A stretch of 63,628 nucleotides of DNA, filler included. It is 5 parts of 5 records of this genome, joined end to end, with 100 filler letters (N's around TTAATTAATTAA, not from the genome) between each part and the next. Parts side by side here need not be neighbours in the genome. Positions count along the whole stretch, not along the records: positions 35,594 to 45,905 come from SRR2962707_1603; positions 46,006 to 57,901 come from SRR2962707_1604; 3 more parts are not named here. The stretch is one strand, 5' to 3'. The notes under the pieces were generated by a model. That model was given only the letters and a program-made list of their open reading frames with translations. It was not told the DNA's origin and ran no database searches. This document shows, in pieces, positions 42,606 through 50,724 of the stretch. How positions within the stretch are numbered: the stretch's first letter is position 1; each line of letters begins with the position of its first letter. The position numbers were made by a program, and so were the translations under genes.

Positions 42606-43742
42606 ATGATCAATCCAGAGATCATTTTGCAGCAATTGCTGCTCGATGGGCATGAGGGGGATGCGCTGCTGGCCGCTTTCTGCCGCTGGTGGCGGGCGCT
42701 TGGAGGCGCCGTCGCGCCGTCGGCGTCTGTCGAGGCTGGCCCGCTCAACACGTCCGATATCGCCGATGCCACTCATGCGGCAACGCCAAACAATGCGACC
42801 AATGCGGCCAAGACGGCCAATGTTGGCCTACTTGAATCGGACATGGCCCACTTAGCCAATGAGGCCAATATGGTCCCCGTTGCGGCTGTCAAACCGGCGG
42901 AAACCCCAGCAAAGACGGAAGAAGCTGCAGTGTCCAGGCGCGCACCAAAAACGGATACGCCAGCGCCCATCGTGGCCACGGCGCCGCCTGAGAACGCCAA
43001 GGCCATTGCCCGCAAGGCGATCGCGCAATCCATGCTGGCGCCATCCACCATTGCTGTGGGCTCCCAGCTCATTGAGCACTTCAATCTCAAGACAGGGCGC
43101 TGTGACCCCGGTATGGGCTCGATTGCCGCCAATCTGGGCATTTCGCTGCGCTCAACGCGGCGCGCCATCGCCAGTTTAGTGGCGGCAGGCCTGTTTGGTC
43201 GGGGCCGCCATCGCGGGCGCGCCCATACCAATGCCTACCAGCCAAACTGGCCATTGATGGTCGAACGGGCAAGCGAGGGGGACCTGATTTCAAGTAGGCC
43301 AACATTGGCCGGCAAGGAGGCCAATGTTGGCCTCCAAAACCATCTTAGGAAACCAGATATAGTTCAGATGCTTGTTGAACCACAGCGCAGGCGCGCGACC
43401 CCGCCACCCGACAACCGGCAGGGCAGGCTGCTGCTGCCCATGGATGGCGGCAGGGCCGGCAGAGCCAGCAAAGCCAGCACGGCGATGCAGCAGGCGGCCC
43501 GCGAGGCGGTGCGGGCGAAGCTCAATCGGTCGCTCGGCCAGCACATCAGCGAATTGTTCCTGCCCGATGATCGCCCCGGCTTCGTCGCGGCAACGACTGC
43601 CTCGATGAGCGCGGACTGGGAGGGGGCAATCGCCGCAGAAATGGCGCGTGCCGGGGAAGGGCTGCCGATCCTGCTGGCCCGGATCGGAGGGCTGAATGAG
43701 GCAGGGCAGGGTGGTTCAACCGCCAGAAAGGCCGTGGGTTGA
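42606..43742 (+). CDS. HTH-containing putative replication initiator
   Basis: HFNLKTGRCDPGMGSIAANLGISLRSTRRAIASLVAAG...TNAY (winged HTH typical of phage initiators); internal iteron-like repeats. Confidence 0.65.
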   Translation: MINPEIILQQLLLDGHEGDALLAAFCRWWRALGGAVAPSASVEAGPLNTSDIADATHAATPNNATNAAKTANVGLLESDMAHLANEANMVPVAAVKPAETPAKTEEAAVSRRAPKTDTPAPIVATAPPENAKAIARKAIAQSMLAPSTIAVGSQLIEHFNLKTGRCDPGMGSIAANLGISLRSTRRAIASLVAAGLFGRGRHRGRAHTNAYQPNWPLMVERASEGDLISSRPTLAGKEANVGLQNHLRKPDIVQMLVEPQRRRATPPPDNRQGRLLLPMDGGRAGRASKASTAMQQAAREAVRAKLNRSLGQHISELFLPDDRPGFVAATTASMSADWEGAIAAEMARAGEGLPILLARIGGLNEAGQGGSTARKAVG

Positions 43743-44302
43743 TGGTTGCGCAAAAGAGGCTGAGGAAAATGGCTGCAGTGGGGGCTGATGGCGGTCGGCA
43801 AATCGAGCAACGGCTGATGCCAGACCCGATGATGTCCGACGCCGAGTATTTTGAGCGGCGTCGTGTGCGGCCAGGGCCCAGTGTTGGCAAGGTCAGCGCC
43901 GAGATCAACATGGTTGAGCTGATTGGTGGCTTGGCGCGGGTCAAGAACCGGACGCCACTGCAGGAAATCGCTGCGGCGCGGTTTCGGCTGCTGCACGAGC
44001 GGGCGCATTTGAGCAGTGCCCGCACCATGGATTACACGGCGGTGCGCGTTGATGTCTCGACACGTTCAGGCGGCGGAGCCGGTGAACTCGGTGAACAGGC
44101 GCGGCGCGACTACAGGGCGGCGGTTCGGCATCTGGGCATGCTCGCCTCGAGCATTGTGGAGCGCGTGGTGATCTACGACATGTCGCTGCGCGAGATTGCC
44201 GGTGGTGGTGGCCGGGCCAGTATTTTGGCAGGGGAGGCGCTGCGTCAGGCGTTGGACGATCTGGCCGTGCACTTCAACCTGGCCAGCAAGCCGGTGTCTT
44301 GA
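43739..44302 (+). CDS. Phage late-regulator-position protein (DUF6456/Q-like, C-terminal HTH-like region)
   Basis: AARFRLLHE...MDYTAVRVD...VERVVIYDMSLREIA...LRQALDDLAVHF; lies between replication gene and cos. Confidence 0.6.
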   Translation: MMVAQKRLRKMAAVGADGGRQIEQRLMPDPMMSDAEYFERRRVRPGPSVGKVSAEINMVELIGGLARVKNRTPLQEIAAARFRLLHERAHLSSARTMDYTAVRVDVSTRSGGGAGELGEQARRDYRAAVRHLGMLASSIVERVVIYDMSLREIAGGGGRASILAGEALRQALDDLAVHFNLASKPVS

Positions 44303-44383
44303 GTGCTGTGACGGGACGCGAGCCTATCAGCTTGTCAGCCCGGCCTGAAATTTGCCAACGGGTCGCTGACCCTCCCCCCTATT

Positions 44384-44441
44384 GGGTCCTCCCTGGCCCT
44401 GACACTCGGGCGGGTCGGCGGACTTGCGGGATTTTTCTAGT
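44384..44441 (+). other. Lambda-like cos site (cosQ plus cosN)
   Basis: GGGTCCT (44384-44390), 22 nt, GGTCGGCGGACT (44413-44424), TGCGGGATTTTTCTAG; lambda as recalled: GGGTCCT, 23 nt, GGGCGGCGACCT, CGCGGGTTTTCGCTAT. Confidence 0.7.
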
Positions 44442-45077
44442 GCGCGGCTTCGCAACCGATACACGCAACACGCGTGTGTGCACGTGTGCTGCACAGGAGG
44501 GGGGGCAACGAACGCACAATGCCATCTAGCCTTCCAGGCGACCAACGTTTGCAGGCGCCGGTGAGTACTTATCGCTTTGATCGGCTAGTTTTTCAGGGGT
44601 ACTCGTTCGGCCATTCACAACCGCAGGAAACGCCGGTTGGCTTAAATCGGACAGCTCTACTCGTTGACTGAAAGTCACGCTTTGTAATGGCAACGGCCCT
44701 ATTGCGGCCATTTGGGGGGCGTCATCCCTAAGCGTCCGCTCGCTGCAATCCCAGCGCCGGCAGCTACGCGCCCCATTCCGGTCGTTCCGCCTGCGATTTT
44801 GGGTTTCCGAAAGCTGCCGGTCCGCTCTGAGAGGGCCAACGTCGAGAACGGGGTGGAATACGGACTGGCAGCTAATGTCACAGCCGTTGAATAAGCGGTC
44901 ATTGCGACCCAAGCAGTCGAATCCTGTCGCCGTCTGCTGCGCATGGGATGAGTGATCAACGTTGTCGAAATGGGTCAGCCTCATTCGTCATAACTCTGAC
45001 AAAGCAGCATGAACTAGCTGAACAATATTCAAAAATCAGCCGGTCTTGGGCCAGCATTGGAAGAGAGAGTACATTTT

Positions 45078-45653
45078 ATGGGTAAGCTGATCAGTTCGAC
45101 ATTTGTGTCTCTAGATGGGGTTGTTGAGGCCCCTGGCGGTGAACCGGGTTACCGCAATAGTGGCTGGACGTTCAATGATCTAGAATTTGTGGATGACGCT
45201 TACGAACTGAAGGCGCGGGAACAAGAAGAAGCCACCGCCATGATGATGGGACGGGTGAGCTACGAAGCCTTCAGCACGGTGTGGCCCACCATGACCGACG
45301 ACTTCGCTCGCTACAATGCATTGCCGAAATTTGTGGTCTCAACCACCTTGGAAGAAAGCGACTTGGTATCGAATTGGGGAAACCAGCAGATAATTCGCTC
45401 ACTTGATGGCGTGAGTGCACTCAAGGAGGCCCATGACGGAACAATTATCGTTCATGGCAGTGCCACATTGAACCGGAACCTCGCCGACGCTGACCTGATT
45501 GATCGCTATCATCTGCTAGTGTTTCCGGTGCTGCTTGGTGCTGGAAAGCGTCTTTTCAGTCAGACGGATAAGACCAAACAAATGCTTAAGCTAGTAGAAA
45601 CACAAAGCTATTCGAACGGCATCCAGAAGCTGGTTTATGATGTAGTCCGCTAG
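45078..45653 (+). CDS. Dihydrofolate-reductase-fold (RibD C-terminal-like) protein
   Basis: FVSLDGVVEAPG, MMGRVSYE, PKFVVSTTL, VHGSATL, LIDRYHLLVFPVLLGAGKRLF. Confidence 0.9.
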   Translation: MGKLISSTFVSLDGVVEAPGGEPGYRNSGWTFNDLEFVDDAYELKAREQEEATAMMMGRVSYEAFSTVWPTMTDDFARYNALPKFVVSTTLEESDLVSNWGNQQIIRSLDGVSALKEAHDGTIIVHGSATLNRNLADADLIDRYHLLVFPVLLGAGKRLFSQTDKTKQMLKLVETQSYSNGIQKLVYDVVR

Positions 45654-45866
45654 ACGTTAGAGAGCTGCTCCGCGATTGGCTCTAACATAATTTTGTGGTG
45701 CCAACGCGGTCTCCCTCTTGCCATGACGGCCAGACCTGTAGGACGAGGCCGAACTTCGTTGATAAGTCATCTACGGCGCGCCAGCTATGGGCGATCGGTC
45801 TCCAAGCTTGCCTGGAAGCGGAACGACGATTCTAGACTTTGAAAAGCGACCGTGGAGTACATCAGT

Positions 45867-45905
45867 ATGGGTCGAATAATAGTCAGCAATTTCATCACTA
45901 TCGAT
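45867..45905 (+). CDS. Start of a second RibD/DHFR-fold gene, truncated by the contig end
   Basis: GGAG RBS, then MGRIIVSNFITID, matching the N-terminus of the upstream gene (MGKLISSTFVSLD). Confidence 0.6.
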
Positions 45906-46005
45906 NNNNNNNNNNNNNNNNNNNNNNNNNNNNNNNNNNNNNNNNNNNNTTAATTAATTAANNNNNNNNNNNNNNNNNNNNNNNNNNNNNNNNNNNNNNN
46001 NNNNN
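45906..46005. other. Artificial contig spacer
   Basis: N-run, TTAATTAATTAA, N-run. Confidence 0.97.
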
Positions 46006-46381
46006 GCCTTTGGAAAAAGTGCGCAAGGTGATGAAAATCGCCAAGGAGCCGATTTCCCTTGAAACGCCAATTGGTGACGAAGAAGACAGCCAGTTGGGTG
46101 ACTTCATTGAGGACAAGAATGCGGTTCTTCCTTTGGAAGCGGCCATTCAGGACAACCTCAAGGAAACAACGACACGGGTTCTGTCTTCGCTGACGCCCCG
46201 TGAAGAACGTGTTCTGCGGATGCGTTTTGGTATCGGGATGAACACCGACCACACGTTGGAAGAAGTCGGTCAGCAGTTCAGTGTAACGCGCGAACGGATT
46301 CGTCAGATCGAAGCCAAAGCGCTGCGTAAGCTTAAGCATCCAAGCAGAAGCCGTAAATTGCGGTCTTTCCTAGATCAATAA
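46006..46381 (+). CDS. rpoD: RNA polymerase sigma factor RpoD (3' part)
   Basis: [49 protein letters not shown]. Confidence 0.96.
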
Positions 46382-46404
46382 ATTTTGGCCAATCGGTCAC
46401 ATGG

Positions 46405-46434
46405 GACCCGCCACTGGCGGGTCTTATAGTTTTT
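46405..46434 (+). terminator. Terminator-like hairpin after rpoD
   Basis: GACCCGCC-ACT-GGCGGGTC followed by a T-rich tract. Confidence 0.7.
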
Positions 46435-46436
46435 GC

Positions 46437-46886
46437 ATGACGCAAACTGTCTCGAACTTACCTAGCTCCCTACAACAGCGGATTGGCCAGGCTGATCTGA
46501 TCGTCTTTGATGGCGAATGTGTCTTATGTTCAGGCTTTTTCAATTTTGTGCTGCGACATGACAATGTTCAAAGGTTTCGATTTGCAACTGCGCAGTCAAC
46601 CTTGGGGCAAGACCTATATACTGCCCTCGATCTTCCCATAGATGATTTTGAAACCAATCTTGTGATTGTCGACGGTGGTATTTTTCAACGCCTAGACGCC
46701 TTTGCGGCCGCAATGAAAGCGCTGGGTTGGCCATGGCGTTTGCTGGCTGCATTGCGGTTTTTGCCGAGATTTCTGAAGGATCCGAGTTACCATCTGATCG
46801 CCCGCAATCGCTATCGGATATTCGGCCGAACTGACACCTGCATGATTCCGACACCGGACTTGCGTGATCGGTTTATTGACGGATGA
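46437..46886 (+). CDS. DCC1-like thiol-disulfide oxidoreductase
   Basis: VFDGECVLC, FATAQS, YHLIARNRYRIFG. Confidence 0.88.
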   Translation: MTQTVSNLPSSLQQRIGQADLIVFDGECVLCSGFFNFVLRHDNVQRFRFATAQSTLGQDLYTALDLPIDDFETNLVIVDGGIFQRLDAFAAAMKALGWPWRLLAALRFLPRFLKDPSYHLIARNRYRIFGRTDTCMIPTPDLRDRFIDG

Positions 46887-47422
46887 CAGAACCCGACCCA
46901 ATCTGGGCTTCGACCGGAATTGACGCTGAAAGCCTGCCAAATGAGCTAACCCGCTTGCATACCTGTGCAGATGGCACCGTTTTTCACGGCTTCGCGTCGG
47001 TAGAGCGTGGGTCTAGTCTTTTCGCTCAATTGGCGTGCCGATTGGCCGGTTTCCCGCCGGCCATGCAAGACGCTCCATTTAGCCTTAGCGTCGCAAAAAA
47101 CGCGAACCGGACGATCTGGGCCCGTGATTTTGGCGGGTTTAAAACGCGCTCTGAAATGAAAAGGGATCAAAAAGGCCGAGTTCTTGAGAGCTTTGGGCTG
47201 ACACAGTGTTCGATGACGCCTCGTGTTGTGGTCCCAGACCTTTGGGTCGATGTAACGCAGCTTTGGGTTTTTGGAGTGCCGGTACCTGCGATATTCACAC
47301 CCAAGAGTGCGTCACGGGAAAGCGGCGCCCATGGGCGGATGTATTTTGACATTTCGGCTGACGTGCCCGTTTTCGGGCGGCTGATCCGCTATCATGGATG
47401 GATCGACGTTTCTGAGAGCTAA
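46883..47422 (+). CDS. DUF4166-like protein
   Basis: WARDFGG, VLESFG, FDISADVPVFGRLIRYHGW; coupled to the DCC1 gene. Confidence 0.7.
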   Translation: MTEPDPIWASTGIDAESLPNELTRLHTCADGTVFHGFASVERGSSLFAQLACRLAGFPPAMQDAPFSLSVAKNANRTIWARDFGGFKTRSEMKRDQKGRVLESFGLTQCSMTPRVVVPDLWVDVTQLWVFGVPVPAIFTPKSASRESGAHGRMYFDISADVPVFGRLIRYHGWIDVSES

Positions 47423-47447
47423 GACTTGGTCCGGTAAACGAATGTGC

Positions 47448-49475
47448 TTAGGACCGCCACAGATGTGCGTAACTGGCCATCAATCCTTGTAGCTTGGATA
47501 AGGTCCGGTTGAAGGGGCCTGGCAGTGGGATTTGCCCCTTGGCCAGTCGCTCTGCAATGAGTTCGGCCGTGCAGGGCAGACCGCTTACCGGGTCAAAGTA
47601 GCGGGGGTATTGGATCAGCGTGGCATAGACCAACCCGTCCAGAGCGATGTGATGTCCTTGTCTGCGGGTGAGGCTTTCCTTATCCGTCGTCAGCCCCCAG
47701 CCTGCATAAAAGGGCAACCCCAACGTGGTCACCGGAAGGCCGCGCAACAGCGCTTCGAAACCGGTCAGAGAGGTCATTGTCCAGACTTCGTTCACTTGTG
47801 TCAGCAATTGGCCCATGTCGGCATCTTTGACCACGCAGTCAGCCCATTTTTCGGGGTCGGTGACGTTTCCTCTTCGCAAACCTGTTTCGACATCTGGATG
47901 AGGTTTATAGAGGATAACGGCGTCCGGATTTTCAGACCGCGTTCTTTCTAACAAGGCCGCATTGGTCGAGACGGTGGGGCTACCGCAAAGGATTGAGGCA
48001 TCGTCTTCAACCTGACCTGGAACAAGGATCCGGTGGCCATTCGGCAGATCTGGAACCTTGCCGCCCAGATTGTATTTGGACAGGTTGTCGGTGACCAGCT
48101 TTTGACGTAGCCGGGTTGCCCGCTGTAACTGATCTGGTCGCAGCGTTGGGCTTTGGAGGATCAACTGCTCTAGCCGCGACGTCTGGCGCGGATCATAATA
48201 GATCCCCAGATCATCACAGACCAACGACAGCGGCGGAATAAGTTGCGCCCCCAACCCCTGTGACCGTAAAAAGCCATCTTCAACCCGAACTTGCGCGTCA
48301 GAGCTCGCCTTATTGGCCCAGACCATTTGGCGTCGGCCCTCTTTCTGAGCTTTGGCTATGGCCGCGTCGGGCTGATCTTCAAAGTTGATCTTTCGATGCG
48401 CGCCAAAGAAACTCTGTAAAGGCTTTCGCTTCCAAAGACGCATGCCGCTTGCGACCCATCCCTTGTGGTCTTCGCGCCATGCGCGGCTCTGCGCTTCTAT
48501 CCCGCCAAGGACGTCTTCTAATTGTGTTAACTGGTCTCGGTAAGGATCATACCAGACCGGGAAGAGCATCATCATCCCGGCGAAGAGCTGCGCTCTGGTC
48601 AGGCGTCTTTCTCGGCGCGGCACCGGCATTTCGTCTTGGGTCAAACCCCAACCGGAATAAATAGGTTGCCCAAATACACGTGGTCTATGTCCGGCTAATA
48701 TCGCTTCAAACCCAAGTTGAGACGAGACTGTATAAACGCCAATCGCGCCCTCAAGAAGCGACCAGGGGGATATGGCTGTGTCACAAAAGGAAATACGAGT
48801 GTTCAGGTCTGCGTCGGTGTAATGCCCGGCCCGAAAACCCGCACGGGTTTCCGGGTGGGTTTTGATCACAATCCGCGCCCCGGGGTTTTCCTCTTGTGCC
48901 ATGACGAGCATTTCAATGAACCGCGCCCGATCTGCATGGCTAGCCCGGACAGAAGCATCACCAAATGTTTGATCGACCACCAGAACATACCCCGGGGCAG
49001 GGGGCGATAAGCTGGGATTAAAGGCTGTGTATTTGCTCAGATGGGCCTCTTTTATCCAGTCGATGCACGCGCGTGCGCGTGCCATCAGAGCGCTGTCGTC
49101 TAAAGGATGTGTCGACAATAATGTTTCAAGGTCAGACGGGTGGCGACCATCGAAATGAACGCCTCTATGGTCAATCTGTAAACCTATCGGGGGCTCTCCG
49201 GACCGTCCTGGATGAAGGGACCGCAAAAAGGCGTCTTCAATCCTAACCAGCTTGGCGCCGCGTTTTTGTGCAATCCGCTCGCCGCGATGCGCATAGGGCG
49301 ATTGCCCCCAAACGCCGACTAAATCGTCCGCGTTCGGCACCCCAATTGTGACGCGGTATCCGGCAAGTTTCAGAATTCGCCGCAATCTCGGCTGGGTTAA
49401 AAATCCACCGTTAAACACAAAAAGACGCTGAAGCCCTTCGGCTTCAGCGTCCCGCGTGGTGTGTTCGTCATACAA
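47448..49475 (-). CDS. kpsC: Capsular polysaccharide biosynthesis protein KpsC
   Basis: Two repeated domains: RIEDAFLRS/RVEDGFLRS, KTHP/KPHP, SSQLGFEA/TSLTGFEA, YSGWGLT/YAGWGLT. Confidence 0.9.
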   Translation of the reverse strand: MYDEHTTRDAEAEGLQRLFVFNGGFLTQPRLRRILKLAGYRVTIGVPNADDLVGVWGQSPYAHRGERIAQKRGAKLVRIEDAFLRSLHPGRSGEPPIGLQIDHRGVHFDGRHPSDLETLLSTHPLDDSALMARARACIDWIKEAHLSKYTAFNPSLSPPAPGYVLVVDQTFGDASVRASHADRARFIEMLVMAQEENPGARIVIKTHPETRAGFRAGHYTDADLNTRISFCDTAISPWSLLEGAIGVYTVSSQLGFEAILAGHRPRVFGQPIYSGWGLTQDEMPVPRRERRLTRAQLFAGMMMLFPVWYDPYRDQLTQLEDVLGGIEAQSRAWREDHKGWVASGMRLWKRKPLQSFFGAHRKINFEDQPDAAIAKAQKEGRRQMVWANKASSDAQVRVEDGFLRSQGLGAQLIPPLSLVCDDLGIYYDPRQTSRLEQLILQSPTLRPDQLQRATRLRQKLVTDNLSKYNLGGKVPDLPNGHRILVPGQVEDDASILCGSPTVSTNAALLERTRSENPDAVILYKPHPDVETGLRRGNVTDPEKWADCVVKDADMGQLLTQVNEVWTMTSLTGFEALLRGLPVTTLGLPFYAGWGLTTDKESLTRRQGHHIALDGLVYATLIQYPRYFDPVSGLPCTAELIAERLAKGQIPLPGPFNRTLSKLQGLMASYAHLWRS

Positions 49476-49481
49476 GGTGGC

Positions 49482-50630
49482 TTAGCCGCCAGTCGCGGCT
49501 GTTGACGTGGCCGAGGTTGCAGTCGAAATTGTGGTCAGCGAGCCTGTTATGGATGCAATCGCTTTGTTCCACTGAGCAAACGGAGCTTCGGTCACATATA
49601 ATGTGTCGCCGTCGCGGATCGCAAAGTCACGTGCCATGAACATGCCGTTTGGTTCAGTCAAATCCAGTACATAAACGAGGCGTTGGTCGCCTTCTAGGTC
49701 ATTGCGTCCCATGACTTGGTTAGCAATGGCCGCTGGCTCGTTCCGGAATACGAAAACGCCGGTTGGATCTGCTGTTGTTGCAGACAGTCCGCCAACCTGG
49801 GCGATGGCTTCGATCGCACTCAATGTGCGGGTCACGAATTCAACACGAGATTGCGCACCCGTTGCTCCCAATGCGGAAAAGGACCGCGAATCTTCTTCAA
49901 CCAGAATGCGGTCGCCGGGGCGCAAGGCCACGTCGAGTTCTGGATAGTCATACAGATCCTGGAACCAGATTTTTCCGGTCGTTGTTCCGCGGCTGATCTG
50001 AACCTGGGCAATTTCCGGTGAGATCACAATGCCGCCGGCCCGCGACAGCATTGTTGAAAGGGTGCGCGTTGGTCGCTCAATCGTATAGACGCCCTGTGCA
50101 CCAACGGAACCGGCCAAAGAAACGGTTGAGCCGTCCCCGGCAACGCGGCGAACTTCGACCTGTGGATCAGGGGTTTGGTCTGAAAGTTTGGAAGTGATGA
50201 CGCGGCGTACAGCTTCGGGGGTATTGCCCGCGGCTCTGATACGGCCAGCGTAGGGTACAAAAATGAACCCTGCGCCATCAACCTGAACTTCTTCGAGGAT
50301 GATCGAGTTAGAAGTGGTCGGAACAAGCAGCCCGTCGTCAACGTTTTCCCAAACCGTCAATCCCAGTGTGTCGCCCGGACGAATCGTGTCGGATCCGATC
50401 ATCGCAGCTTTCTTGAAGCCATCGCTAAAGCCCAAGGCTGGAATAACTGAGGTTGCCCGTGTCACACGGTCATTGACGGAAACGATAAAGGCGTCGCCTT
50501 CACGCTGTACGGAACCTGCAAAGATTTCGCGCTTGTTGGGGCCTGTACGGGGTACACCGCAAGCCGCCAAAACGGACAATGCAGCCAAAAGAGCGACGGA
50601 CGTCGCCCACCGGGATCGGGAATATTTCAC
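49482..50630 (-). CDS. Polysaccharide export outer-membrane lipoprotein (Wza/KpsD-like)
   Basis: Lipobox LAAC; IRPGDTL, IFVPYAGRI, PQVEV, RDGDTLYV. Confidence 0.9.
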   Translation of the reverse strand: MKYSRSRWATSVALLAALSVLAACGVPRTGPNKREIFAGSVQREGDAFIVSVNDRVTRATSVIPALGFSDGFKKAAMIGSDTIRPGDTLGLTVWENVDDGLLVPTTSNSIILEEVQVDGAGFIFVPYAGRIRAAGNTPEAVRRVITSKLSDQTPDPQVEVRRVAGDGSTVSLAGSVGAQGVYTIERPTRTLSTMLSRAGGIVISPEIAQVQISRGTTTGKIWFQDLYDYPELDVALRPGDRILVEEDSRSFSALGATGAQSRVEFVTRTLSAIEAIAQVGGLSATTADPTGVFVFRNEPAAIANQVMGRNDLEGDQRLVYVLDLTEPNGMFMARDFAIRDGDTLYVTEAPFAQWNKAIASITGSLTTISTATSATSTAATGG

Positions 50631-50724
50631 TGCTCGGTCTCCTCGACCTTGTTATTCTGCCTGAATTTTTTCCTATAACGTACCGGAATTGCGCCTCAAT
50701 TACCAGTACTAGGGCTTGTGGCAG

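Larger units (their letters stand above)
39040..44821. mobile_element. Minimal lambdoid prophage remnant or phage-satellite-like module
   Basis: Divergent cI/cro with operators, early genes, GapR homologue, HTH initiator, Q-position gene, cos-like site; no integrase, terminase or structural genes; inverted ~64-nt elements at both edges. Confidence 0.8.

Noticed and set aside
44474-44984. Short ORFs after cos as a small terminase or Rpp-like protein
   Set aside because: No recognisable HTH or terminase motif and they overlap the repeat tract; a profile search would be needed to exclude this fully.
45656-45686. GTTAGAG...CTCTAAC hairpin as an integron attC site
   Set aside because: The boxes are in the wrong order for attC (needs RYYYAAC...GTTRRRY) and the site is too short; more likely a terminator-like hairpin.
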